Assembly: GCA_038240335.1 (NCBI GenBank)
Contig: JBBSDV010000001.1
Coordinates: 1-46,416 of the forward strand
DNA from: Dehalococcoidia bacterium
GTDB lineage: Bacteria; Chloroflexota; Dehalococcoidia; DSTF01; JACRBR01
Direction: 5' to 3'
Length of the DNA: 46,416 nucleotides
The notes below the pieces were generated by a model, which ran no database searches, was not told the origin of the DNA, and worked only from the letters and a program-made list of their open reading frames with translations. The stretch's first letter is position 1. Every line of letters begins with the position of its first letter. Made by a program: the position numbers and the translations under genes. Below, in pieces: positions 1-7,775 of the stretch.

Positions 1-737
1 GCATCGGACTCGGCTTGCTGCTGCGGCAGCAGGCTGCCCCACGTGTTCAGCGCGGCGTCGTTGCCGTCGCCGTAGACGAGAGTCCACAGCGTCGGCTTGA
101 GGCTCGTCGCCTCGACGCCGGTACTGACGATATCCCAGTCGAAGCCGTAGGTCATGGCGATACCGCCGAAGGAGCTGACGCCGGGCGTCGTCGTCGCGGC
201 GGCGCCGAATGTGCCGGAGGCGCGCTTGATGATGCTGACGGTAGTCGTGGTCACCCAGGCGATCGCCATGTCGCCGCTGTTGTTCTTGTAGGCGACGGCG
301 AGATCGATGACGGATGCCGCGGCGGTTGCGATCGCCTGCTCTGCGCCGAAGGTGGCGCCGTTGTCGGTCGACTCTTTGAGCTTGACGCCCATGCCGGCGG
401 CGTCAACGTAGACAATCGCGACGCGCGCGCTCTTCGCGGCGCAGGCGACCTGCGTGCCGAGGCCGGTGGTGATGTTCGACCACGACGTCCACGGGCCGGC
501 GGCGGGGTTGGTGACGCGCTGCTGCTTGACGTTGCCGGAGTCGATGCGCACGCGCGTAACGCTGCCGTCGCCGGCGACGGCGATGTCGTGCCGGGCGATC
601 GGTTGCGCCGTGCTATCGAGGAGCGTGAACTCGAGGCGGCGGGCGCCGACGATGCTGTTGGTGACGACGACGTCGACCTGCGGTTCGGTGCTGGCGCTTT
701 GTTGGGCGGCGAGCAGTTCTAGGGAGAGAGATCTCAT
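1..737 (-). CDS. BNR/Asp-box-containing (sialidase-like beta-propeller?) protein; C-terminus lies beyond the window edge
   Basis: Own translation of the minus strand from ATG at 737-735 (GGAGA 5 nt upstream): MRSLSLELLAAQQSASTEPQVDVVVTNS...LKESTDNGATFGAEQ...TLWTLVYGDGNDAALNTWGS, open to position 1. It has no stop in the window, so it is absent from the ORF track. It contains one canonical Asp-box, S-x-D-x-G-x-T-F. The listed + ORF 15..722 is an Arg/Gly/Asp-rich antisense artefact. Confidence 0.6.
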   Translation of the reverse strand, partial: MRSLSLELLAAQQSASTEPQVDVVVTNSIVGARRLEFTLLDSTAQPIARHDIAVAGDGSVTRVRIDSGNVKQQRVTNPAAGPWTSWSNITTGLGTQVACAAKSARVAIVYVDAAGMGVKLKESTDNGATFGAEQAIATAAASVIDLAVAYKNNSGDMAIAWVTTTTVSIIKRASGTFGAAATTTPGVSSFGGIAMTYGFDWDIVSTGVEATSLKPTLWTLVYGDGNDAALNTWGSLLPQQQAESD

Positions 738-1055
738 TCTTGTCTCCGTTGGCGTTCGTCGTTTGTCGTTCTTGAGCGTTGGTGCTGGTCGCGGGTTCGC
801 TGGGTGGGGTAGCGAATCACAGCGGTAAAAGAGAAAGAAGAAAGAAAGTTGCCGGCGGACGTCCCCGTACCCCCGGCAGCCGTCGTGGCGGCTGCACTCC
901 GTATCGGATCCAGAACTTCGCAACGGATTCGGCGCGGCGGCGGCTGGTGCGCGACTGCATTCAGTTTTCGGATCGCCGGAAACGCACCTCTCACCTCCCA
1001 CCTCTCGAATCGACTTGCAGGCGCCCCCACCTCTCATCTCTCACTTCTCACTGCC
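738..1055. repeat. Intergenic heptanucleotide-period tracts (738-814 G/T-rich on +; 984-1011 and 1028-1055 units CACCTCT CATCTCT CACTTCT CACTGCC)
   Basis: Read directly. Consecutive 7-nt units share a register. No credible ORF covers them. Confidence 0.6.
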
Positions 1056-1061
1056 CCGCGG

Positions 1062-1703
1062 TCAGTACTTGACGCGGTTCTGTTCGAAGATGCTGGGGGC
1101 ATCGGTGGTGTAGAGGCGGCGCTGGCGGACGGTTTGGGCGCGGCCGATGCGCGTGGTCTCGCGGCGGAAGTCGCGCAGGCGCTCTTCTCCGAACGATTTG
1201 TAGCGGCCCCAGACGTCGTCGCCGCCCGTATTGATGCGGTTGGTCGCGAACGACGTCCAGTCGAGCGCGGCATAGCCCGCGGCGCCGAGCGCGACGAGAT
1301 CCTCGTGGGGGACGGGCAGCGTGGATGTGGCGCCGTCGACGGTGTGGAGCTTCGTCCAGAAGACGTTGACGTTTTCGATGCCGTTCGGCGGCGCTGTCGC
1401 ATCGAGGGTGATCGTGGTCTGCCACGAACTGAAGCCGACGAGGCGCGGCGGAAACTCGCCTACCGGCCACTCGACGGCTTCGACGGCGACGAGGCTGGTG
1501 AGGGAGGCGACGCTAATGTCGCGGCTGCCCGCGGCCGTCGTCAGGGTGGATTTCTGTTCGAGCGGGGCGCGGAGGCTGTACTCGGCGACGGCGCGGCCGA
1601 TGTGCCGATCGAGGACAGCGTCGGTCCAACGGTAGGCGCTGCTGTCCTCGTCATGTAGATCCTGGCGGACGCGGGCGCGGATGGTGGTGATGGTTGTCGG
1701 CAT
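1062..1703 (-). CDS. Hypothetical protein (213 aa)
   Basis: This is the inner part of ORF 1062..1919. ATG at 1703 is preceded by AAGGAGA 9 nt upstream. The protein starts MPTTITTIRARVRQDLHDEDSSAYRWTDAVLDRHIGRAVAEY and has balanced composition. The 72 residues upstream in the track ORF are translated heptamer tract (TSHISLRASISRRTPTSHLQ). Confidence 0.6.
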   Translation of the reverse strand: MPTTITTIRARVRQDLHDEDSSAYRWTDAVLDRHIGRAVAEYSLRAPLEQKSTLTTAAGSRDISVASLTSLVAVEAVEWPVGEFPPRLVGFSSWQTTITLDATAPPNGIENVNVFWTKLHTVDGATSTLPVPHEDLVALGAAGYAALDWTSFATNRINTGGDDVWGRYKSFGEERLRDFRRETTRIGRAQTVRQRRLYTTDAPSIFEQNRVKY

Positions 1704-1726
1704 GGGTGTTGGTCTCCTTAGTTGGG

Positions 1727-1966
1727 GCGGTTGGAGGTGAGAGGTGGGAGTGCGGCGCGAGATGGAAGCGCGAAGCGAGATGTGAGAAGTGGGAAAACGG
1801 CGAACGGGACGCGGAGGCGATACGCGCGTTGTGTGTCGGAGTCGTTTTGACGGCGACTTATGCGCGTAGGATCGCAGCAGCTCGTTTCCTCTCGTTTGCG
1901 CCTCATCTCGATCTCTCACTTCTCACCTCTCGCCTCTCACTCACCCCTCGCCTGCCACTTCGCCGG
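1727..1966. repeat. Two opposed heptamer tracts (1727-1830 GGAGGTG AGAGGTG ... GTGAGAA GTGGGAA on +; 1883-1966 ATCTCTC ACTTCTC ACCTCTC GCCTCTC on +)
   Basis: Read directly. The two halves are mutually complementary in kind: gtgagaagtg near 1782-1791 versus cacttctcac near 1916-1925. Confidence 0.6.
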
Positions 1967-2641
1967 GCGGGCGGCGGGATCGGCGCGGGAAATGGGGGAT
2001 GCGCGATCGCCGGGGAGGGTGCCGGCGGCGGGGCGAGCGATCGGTACGGGCTCGGCGGCGATGTAGGTGACGCGGAGGCGCGGGGCGACGGTGAGCGCGG
2101 GGTCGGCGCGGAACGACGCCCACTTTGTGCCGGCGCTGGTGCTTTCGTCGTTGGCGCGCAGGCGCAGCAGCAGCTTGCCGCCGCGGTTTGTGATCGCATC
2201 GATGACGAAGGTGAGCAGGCCGCCGATCGTGATGTCGCCGAGAGCGCTCGGTGATGTGAAGCCGACTGCGGCGGGCGGCGTCGCGATATCGCCGCCGGCG
2301 GTCGTCCATGCGGATGCTGTCTTGTAGTTGTTCCAGTCGCCGCTGGCCGCGTCCCAGTCGGCTCGCGTGAGCCGCTCGATTGACGCCGGCCAGGCGCTGG
2401 GGCCGAGGATGGCGCCGCAATTGAGAATGAGGTCCGCGGCAGTGATCGCGTCCGTGAGGGCGAGCGGGCGGCCGGCGGCGGCCGCGCCGAAGACGTCGAA
2501 CGCGCCAATGCAGCGGTCGAGATTGACCTTGCTGCTGCCGGCAACGATGGTGCCGAGACTCCACATGTTCGTATTGACCGCGCCCGGGTGGAAGAGGTCG
2601 ATGTACTCGGTCGAAGTGACCACGAATGTCGATTGCGGCAT
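1937..2641 (-). CDS. Hypothetical protein (234 aa), possibly a beta-sandwich/carbohydrate-binding-like module
   Basis: ORF track; ATG at 2641 with GGGAGAAG 8 nt upstream. Composition is globular-like (MPQSTFVVTSTEYIDLFHPGAVNTNMWSLGTIV...). The segment GGKLLLRLRANDES only faintly recalls the DNRLRE/CBM96 motif, so no family is assigned. Confidence 0.55.
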   Translation of the reverse strand: MPQSTFVVTSTEYIDLFHPGAVNTNMWSLGTIVAGSSKVNLDRCIGAFDVFGAAAAGRPLALTDAITAADLILNCGAILGPSAWPASIERLTRADWDAASGDWNNYKTASAWTTAGGDIATPPAAVGFTSPSALGDITIGGLLTFVIDAITNRGGKLLLRLRANDESTSAGTKWASFRADPALTVAPRLRVTYIAAEPVPIARPAAGTLPGDRASPISRADPAARPAKWQARGE

Positions 2642-2674
2642 GTGACGACTTCTCCCGGGGTGTGTTGTGTGTGA

Positions 2675-3097
2675 TTACGGCATGTCGGGGGTGTTGCCAT
2701 CGGCATCGCTGACGCGGAGCGCGACGCTGCGGATGTCATGCAGTTCGCCGCTGAGGACGCCGGTCAGATCGCCGCGTCTGCGCTGCGGCGCGACGCCGCT
2801 GATCTGCTCGGCGAATCGCTGGAGGCGCGGCGGGACGTCGGTGTGCACGGTCGTGATTCCCGCCTCGGCGGCAAAACGCAGGGCCTCGCGCACGAGGAGG
2901 GTGAGGGCGCGGAGCCGCTGCCGGGGCGCACCGTTGGCGTCGCCGATGATCATCTCGCCGAAGTAGCCGCAACCGGCGACGGCGTTGATCGGGCAGCGTA
3001 CGCTCGCGAGCGGCGTCGCGTCGCCGGCACGAACAGTGACGACGAAGGCGAACGGCCCGTCGTGTGCTGCGCTGGCGGTGAGGGGTTCGGACCACAT
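2675..3097 (-). CDS. Hypothetical protein (140 aa)
   Basis: ORF track. It lies 33 nt upstream of the next minus-strand gene and has non-artefactual composition. No SD is seen upstream of ATG 3097. Confidence 0.45.
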   Translation of the reverse strand: MWSEPLTASAAHDGPFAFVVTVRAGDATPLASVRCPINAVAGCGYFGEMIIGDANGAPRQRLRALTLLVREALRFAAEAGITTVHTDVPPRLQRFAEQISGVAPQRRRGDLTGVLSGELHDIRSVALRVSDADGNTPDMP

Positions 3098-3340
3098 TGT
3101 TAGTTTGTCGTTCGTAGTTCGTAGTTTGTGGTTTCTAGTCGAATCTGCTGGGGCGTGGTGCTATGGTCGCTGCCCTGCTGTGGAACTCAAAGATGTGGCG
3201 TCACTTCGCGCGGAGCTGAGGCACGTCGTTTGTGGTTCGTGGTCGCAGTTCGGGTGCGACGGGGCGTGGTGCTCTGGTGCTGCGGTCGAGTGGGTGGGGA
3301 AGCGGTTCGGGTGCGGCGAGGTTGAGCCGAGATGGGGAGT
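3098..3340. repeat. About 240-bp field of heptamer-period sequence (TGTTAGT TTGTCGT TCGTAGT TCGTAGT TTGTGGT TTCTAGT at 3098-3139, then degenerate G/T-rich units)
   Basis: Read directly. The + ORFs listed here (3128..3325, 3232..3471) are Gly/Trp/Arg/Val-rich artefacts. Confidence 0.6.
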
Positions 3341-3357
3341 GGAGGCTCGCGGCCGCG

Positions 3358-3392
3358 ACGTCAGTCCTCTCGTCGGTAGAGAGGACTGACGT
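3358..3392 (-). terminator. Perfect 14-bp stem hairpin downstream of the VOC gene
   Basis: acgtcagtcctctc (3358-3371), 7-nt loop gtcggta, gagaggactgacgt (3379-3392). It starts about 57 nt past the stop at 3449. No clear U-tract. Confidence 0.45.
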
Positions 3393-3448
3393 GCGGCGTC
3401 ATCGATCGCGGGGAACCGGCGGAGTTGCGCGCTTCGGGACGGCAGAGC

Positions 3449-3808
3449 CTATGCGGGGTGGTACTCGATGAGCTGCATGTAGTTGCCGTCGGGATCGGTG
3501 AACGTGGAGATGACGCCGCCCCAGTCTTGCTTACCCTCTTTGCGGATGAACTTCACGCCTGCTGCTTCGAGGCGGGTCTGCTCCGACTTGATGTCGTCGA
3601 CCATGAGGCTGAGGAGGACGCGTGCCGGTTCCTTCGTCGGGCCCGTAACCTCGCTGTGACTGTCGATCATGAACGGCGTCGAGCCCGCCATCATGGCGAA
3701 TTCGCCCATATCCGGGTTGGGCGGCAGGCCAACGGTATCGCGGTAGAAGGCGCCGAGGCGCTGCGGATCCGGGCTCGTCACGTTGATGATGATTTGGTTG
3801 ACGTTCAT
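3449..3808 (-). CDS. VOC (glyoxalase/bleomycin-resistance/dioxygenase) family protein
   Basis: 119 aa. The pattern MNVNQIIINVTSPDPQRLGAFYRDTVGL...FTDPDGNYMQLIEY is typical of single-domain VOC proteins. Confidence 0.8.
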   Translation of the reverse strand: MNVNQIIINVTSPDPQRLGAFYRDTVGLPPNPDMGEFAMMAGSTPFMIDSHSEVTGPTKEPARVLLSLMVDDIKSEQTRLEAAGVKFIRKEGKQDWGGVISTFTDPDGNYMQLIEYHPA

Positions 3809-4020
3809 GGTTTGCTCCTTCGTGTACGTGTGCCGTTTCTTCTTGCTTCATCGTACGGGACTGCTGGTGACAGCGTTCTGTCAGGAGGAATTGCGAAGTT
3901 TTGCGGCAGATGTCTCTGAGGACGGAGTGATGACATGAGATCCGGGGCTGGAACGCGCGCGCGATGGAGCCTCGTTACGAGGCGGGCTTGTGCTGGGGAC
4001 GGTGGAGTGGAGGCGTACGA

Positions 4021-4137
4021 AGAAGATCGTTCGCTGGCGCTCTGGATGACGGGTTTTCGTGCTGGGACGGGCGGTCGGCCTGAACGATGGGCGATTTCCG
4101 TAGGACGAAGAAGGTCCTTCGCTTCGCTCTGGATGAC
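4021..4137 (-). repeat. Two tandem copies of the dispersed GTCATCCAGAGCG..GCGAAG.ATCTT element
   Basis: Minus-strand reads are GTCATCCAGAGCGCCAGCGAACGATCTTCT (4050-4021) and GTCATCCAGAGCGAAGCGAAGGACCTTCTT (4137-4108). Their flanks are also similar (gggttttcgtgctgggacgg / aggctttttcgccgggacgg). The track ORF 3881..4300 translates them as HPERSEGP / HPERQRT. Confidence 0.7.
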
Positions 4138-4214
4138 AGGCTTTTTCGCCGGGACGGCGCATCTGCCTGCAATGGCGCGCTTTGTGAGCGGCGTCGGCCG
4201 GCAACTGGTAGCCG

Positions 4215-5174
4215 ATGGCGGGCGTACAATGCGGTATGGGGCGTCGGATCTGGATTTTCACACAGCAGACGTATTTTGGGTTTACGCGCGACAACTGCAC
4301 CCAACTCGCGGCGGCGATCTCCTACTACGTGCTCTTCTCGATCCTTCCGCTGGCGATCCTGGTGGTGTCGATCTTCGGCATCTTCCTCAATAGCGGCGAT
4401 CTGCGGAACGCGATCGTCGACCGCGTGCTGGACGCACTGCCGCTGACGCAGACCGAAGGCCGGACGTCGGTCAACAACGCGCTGGACAACGTCAACCGCG
4501 TGAGCGGAACGGTCGCGGCGCTGGGACTTCTCGGCACGCTGTGGACGGCGTCGGCGGTGTTCGCTTCGATCCGAAAATCGCTGAACGCAGTGTGGAAGGT
4601 GCAGGAACACCGGCCGTTCGCGCAGGCGAAGCTCGTCGACATCATGCAGGTGGGTGTGCTGGGGGCGATGCTGCTGGCCTCGATGCTGCTGACGGGCGTG
4701 CTGCGGGCGATCCGGTCGCTCAGCGCGCAACACGTCGGGCCGCTGGCCGGCAGCAACCCGTTCTGGGCGGTGCCGCCCATCGTCCTCCCGGCGGTGCTGT
4801 CGCTGACGACATTCCTCCTGCTGTACCGCATCGTGCCGGCGGCGCGGCCGGGCTGGCGCGACGTGGTTCCGGGGGCCGTGGTGGCGACGCTGTTGTTCGA
4901 GGCACTGAAGAACTCGTTCGCGATCTACATCGCGAACTTCAACAACTTCGACGTCGTCTACGGGTCGCTGGCCGGCGCTCTGCTGTTCCTTTTCTATACG
5001 TTCCTTTCGTCGAACATCCTGCTGATCGGCGCCGAGCTTTCGCGGACGTTCCAGCGCTATCACATGGGAGAGCTCGATGCCGAGCTGTACCCGCCCTACC
5101 CGGGGCCGACGGTTGCGACGCGCGCCTTCCGCGCCGTCAAGGGGTTGTTTGTGCGCAGCAGCGAGGAGACATGA
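4215..5174 (+). CDS. YihY/BrkB (ribonuclease BN-like) family membrane protein
   Basis: 319 aa. The segment FTRDNCTQLAAAISYYVLFSILPLAILVV, multiple TM segments and the C-terminal NILLIGAELS are typical of the family. The start (4215 or 4236) is uncertain. Confidence 0.8.
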   Translation: MAGVQCGMGRRIWIFTQQTYFGFTRDNCTQLAAAISYYVLFSILPLAILVVSIFGIFLNSGDLRNAIVDRVLDALPLTQTEGRTSVNNALDNVNRVSGTVAALGLLGTLWTASAVFASIRKSLNAVWKVQEHRPFAQAKLVDIMQVGVLGAMLLASMLLTGVLRAIRSLSAQHVGPLAGSNPFWAVPPIVLPAVLSLTTFLLLYRIVPAARPGWRDVVPGAVVATLLFEALKNSFAIYIANFNNFDVVYGSLAGALLFLFYTFLSSNILLIGAELSRTFQRYHMGELDAELYPPYPGPTVATRAFRAVKGLFVRSSEET

Positions 5175-5244
5175 GGTGAGATTGGTGACTGGTGACTGGT
5201 GACTGGTGGGTGATGATTGGTCGTCGGTCGTCGGTTATTGATTA
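5175..5244. repeat. Ten consecutive heptamers immediately after the yihY-like stop
   Basis: GGTGAGA TTGGTGA CTGGTGA CTGGTGA CTGGTGG GTGATGA TTGGTCG TCGGTCG TCGGTTA TTGATTA. Confidence 0.8.
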
Positions 5245-5277
5245 ACGGGCGCGGCAGGCAGCGCACGGGAGGTGGAG

Positions 5278-6009
5278 ATGCGTCTCGACGGGAAGGTCGT
5301 GCTGATCGCCGGGGCGGGCGGGCGGCAGGGGACGGCGGTGCCGATCGTGTTTGCGCGCGAGGGAGCGACGTGCGTGCTCGCCGGTCTCGCCGGCGACGAA
5401 CTGGATCGGCTGGCCGCTCACATTGTCGCCGGCGGCGGCAACGCAATCGCGCGGGCGACGAACCTCGTCGATGCGAGCGAGGCGGAGGCTGCGGTGCAGC
5501 TGACCATCGAGCGGTATGGGCGAATCGACGTGCTCTACAACAACACCGGGATCTACGCCGGCGGCGATGTGCGGACGGCCGATACTCCGCTCGACCAGTG
5601 GCAGCAGGTAATCGACGCGGATCTGCGGTCGCACTTCCTGACCGCGCGGTTCGCGCTGCCGGCGATGCAGCGCCAGGGTGCGGGGGCGATCATCAACATC
5701 GCGGCGGCGCGGCCGGCGAGGCTCGGCGGAAACGTCGCGTACGCGGCGGCAAAGAGCGCGATCATCGGCATGACGCAGAAGATGGCGCGCGAGTACGCCG
5801 CAGACAACATTCGCATCAACTGCATCTGCCCGACGAACATCCAGTCTTCGCCGGACGCGCTGGCGGCGCCGCTGCCAGCGCGAATGCTGGCTCGCGATGG
5901 CACGCCGGAGGACGTCGCCTATGCGGCGCTGTTTCTCGCGTCGGACGAAGCTTCATGGATCACCGGCGCGGCGCTCGTCGTCGACGGCGGGGCGGAGGCA
6001 GCGGGCTAG
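5278..6009 (+). CDS. SDR family oxidoreductase
   Basis: Motifs GAGGRQG (nucleotide-binding), NNTG and YAAAK (catalytic YxxxK). ATG 5278 is preferred over the track start 5272 (GTG) because GGGAGG lies about 7 nt upstream. Confidence 0.85.
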   Translation: MRLDGKVVLIAGAGGRQGTAVPIVFAREGATCVLAGLAGDELDRLAAHIVAGGGNAIARATNLVDASEAEAAVQLTIERYGRIDVLYNNTGIYAGGDVRTADTPLDQWQQVIDADLRSHFLTARFALPAMQRQGAGAIINIAAARPARLGGNVAYAAAKSAIIGMTQKMAREYAADNIRINCICPTNIQSSPDALAAPLPARMLARDGTPEDVAYAALFLASDEASWITGAALVVDGGAEAAG

Positions 6010-6115
6010 TCGCCGATTGTTGTGGAGGCGGTGAGGGTTGGGACGTTTGATCAAGCATCGATCCGTCGACGTTCGTTCCGCGACCAGACCAGCGACCAGC
6101 AACACAACCAGGCGA

Positions 6116-6646
6116 CTAACGAGCGGCCCAGCCGTCCTTGACCCACTTCCAGTGCATGCGGCCGTGATCGGCGTTGACCGCGAGAATGGCGCCGACGGTG
6201 CCGTCGGCCCAGGGCGCGCCGGGCACCTTCTCGAGTAGCTGTTCGTCACTGAGGCTTGCGAGCAGTGCGAGGGTCTCGGCGCGGGCGGCCTGGCCAAGGG
6301 CGACGACGTCGCTCAGCGACTTCGAGCGTTGCTCGCGAACCCACTGTTCGGTCATCTCATGAACGGTGGCCATCACTTGCTCGCGTGTCCGCGGCTGGCC
6401 CTCTGCGTCCCGCGCGAAACCGACGGCGTTGCGGTCGCCGGCGAGGTGACGCTTGATCATGCGGACGAAGTTCCTCTCGATACCGGCGAGGTGGGCGAGG
6501 TGATCCATCGCGCTCCACGATGACTCCGGATCGTGCTCGCTCGGCGTGGCGGCGCGGAGGAGGTCGGCCTCCGGGAGCTGGGCGTAGGTGTCGAGGAGCC
6601 ACGCGCGATCGGTGTTGAGCTTAATCTCGATCTCGGTGCGGTTCAT
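6116..6646 (-). CDS. DinB-family (four-helix-bundle, metal-dependent) protein
   Basis: 176 aa. WSAMDHLAHLAGIE ... VNADHGRMHWKW gives the His pattern typical of DinB/ClbS-like bundles. Confidence 0.65.
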   Translation of the reverse strand: MNRTEIEIKLNTDRAWLLDTYAQLPEADLLRAATPSEHDPESSWSAMDHLAHLAGIERNFVRMIKRHLAGDRNAVGFARDAEGQPRTREQVMATVHEMTEQWVREQRSKSLSDVVALGQAARAETLALLASLSDEQLLEKVPGAPWADGTVGAILAVNADHGRMHWKWVKDGWAAR

Positions 6647-6660
6647 GCGCTGTGGTCCGA

Positions 6661-6709
6661 CTGGTGACTGGTGACTGGTGACTGGTGACTGGTGACTGGT
6701 GACTGGTGA
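6661..6709. repeat. Perfect (CTGGTGA)x7 tandem array
   Basis: Seven identical contiguous copies, beginning 14 nt upstream of the minus-strand start codon at 6646. Confidence 0.95.
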
Positions 6710-6791
6710 AGCGTATATCGCGGTAACGGCTCAGGCTACCGTTGACCAGTGACGAGCGAGCAACACCGAACCGGCCGACGACCAGCGACCG

Positions 6792-7208
6792 CTAGTCCTC
6801 GGCGGCATGGCGGATGGCCATGGCGGGAGCGGGCTGGCCGAAGCGCGTCCAGAGCTTGAGGGCGCTCCGAAGCTGCTCCATGCGCTCCTCGTCGCAGTCG
6901 AAGCCCTCGAGCAGGCAGCGGTCGAGGTGGTACTCCATGAGACGCGCGCCGACCTGGTCGACGGCGCTGCGGATGGCCATCGACTGGGTCAGCATGTCCT
7001 CGCAGTCGCGACCCTCCTCGAGCATCTTGACGATGCCGCGCGCCTGGCCTTCGATCCGGCGTAGGCGGGCGGCAATGTCGGCGGCAAGCGGCTTGGTCGT
7101 GACATTCGGCGACGCGGGGCTTTCAACGAGGGCATCGTCGCCGCCGGCTCGGGTCGGAACCCGTGTCGTACTTGCGGTCTTGATTGGTTGTTCCGAGTTG
7201 GTGGCCAT
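6792..7208 (-). CDS. csoR: CsoR/RcnR-family metal-sensing transcriptional repressor (CsoR-type C-H-C ligand set)
   Basis: In ...RIEGQARGIVKMLEEGRDCEDMLTQSMAIRSAVDQVGARLMEYHLDRC..., Cys-x24-His-x3-Cys matches the Cu(I) CsoR spacing. The start is taken at ATG 7208 (GGAG 9 nt upstream) rather than the track start 7256. Confidence 0.8.
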   Translation of the reverse strand: MATNSEQPIKTASTTRVPTRAGGDDALVESPASPNVTTKPLAADIAARLRRIEGQARGIVKMLEEGRDCEDMLTQSMAIRSAVDQVGARLMEYHLDRCLLEGFDCDEERMEQLRSALKLWTRFGQPAPAMAIRHAAED

Positions 7209-7254
7209 GATGCTGCTCCGATGGCACTGTACATTTTCTTGCGGAGGGCTTGAC

Positions 7255-7271
7255 ATACCCTATGGGGGTAT
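7255..7271. promoter_or_regulatory. CsoR-type operator ATACCC-N5-GGGTAT
   Basis: ATACCCTATGGGGGTAT is an AT-flanked C-tract/G-tract inverted repeat of the type bound by CsoR proteins. It lies between csoR (minus) and trxA (plus). Confidence 0.65.
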
Positions 7272-7298
7272 AGTACTCTGAGTGCAGACAGAAGTCAA
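7270..7298 (-). promoter_or_regulatory. Sigma-70-like promoter for csoR (TTGACT-17-TACTAT)
   Basis: On the minus strand, TTGACT is at 7298-7293, followed by a 17-nt spacer and TACTAT at 7275-7270. The -10 overlaps the operator by 2 nt (7270-7271); the rest of the operator lies just downstream. Confidence 0.55.
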
Positions 7299-7349
7299 TC
7301 CGCCGCCTGCAGGGGCATCGCGACGGGCAAGCAGAAGGAGACGATGACG

Positions 7350-7673
7350 ATGGCCAAGCCGAGTGAAGTAACAGACGCGAATTTCGATGCCGAGGTGATC
7401 AACTCTGACACGCCGGTTCTGGTGGACTTTTGGGCGCCGTGGTGCGGTCCTTGCCGCATGGTCGCGCCGATTGTCGACGAGCTGTCGACCGAGTACGACG
7501 GCAAGGTGAAGTTCGTCAAGCTCAACACGGACGACAACGTGAAGACGGCCTCGACCTACGGCATCCGCAGCATTCCGACGCTGCTGGTGTTCAAGGGCGG
7601 CGAGCCTGTGGGCTCGATCATCGGTTTCCGGCCGAAGAGCGACCTCAAGAAGAAGCTCGACGCGGCGCTGTAG
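7350..7673 (+). CDS. trxA: Thioredoxin
   Basis: WCGPC active site and about 107 aa. AAGGAG at 7335-7340 favours ATG 7350 over the track start 7344. Confidence 0.95.
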   Translation: MAKPSEVTDANFDAEVINSDTPVLVDFWAPWCGPCRMVAPIVDELSTEYDGKVKFVKLNTDDNVKTASTYGIRSIPTLLVFKGGEPVGSIIGFRPKSDLKKKLDAAL

Positions 7674-7775
7674 GCTGCCGCGCAACCTTCGGCGGCAGAC
7701 GAGCTGCGAACCGAATCGAAGACGACAGAGAGCGGCATGATGCCGCTCTCTGTGCGTGTGCAGGAAAGACAGCGC

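Noticed and set aside
1-3100. Calling the left-edge cluster a prophage
   Set aside because: No integrase, terminase, portal, capsid, tail-tube gene or att/tRNA site lies within the window. The only evidence is a vague resemblance of the proteins to receptor-binding or accessory proteins.
3098-3340. Heptamer tracts as coding sequence for repetitive peptides (track ORFs 3128..3325, 3232..3471, 5096..5446, 1694..2254 and others)
   Set aside because: A 7-nt period cycles through all three frames, the tracts end at real gene borders, and no RBS or start context is present.
7250-7275. Plus-strand TTGACA (7250-7255) and TATAGT (7269-7274) as a trxA promoter
   Set aside because: The spacer is only 13 nt, too short for a sigma-70-type promoter. 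The minus-strand TTGACT-17-TACTAT fits much better. The trxA promoter remains unassigned.
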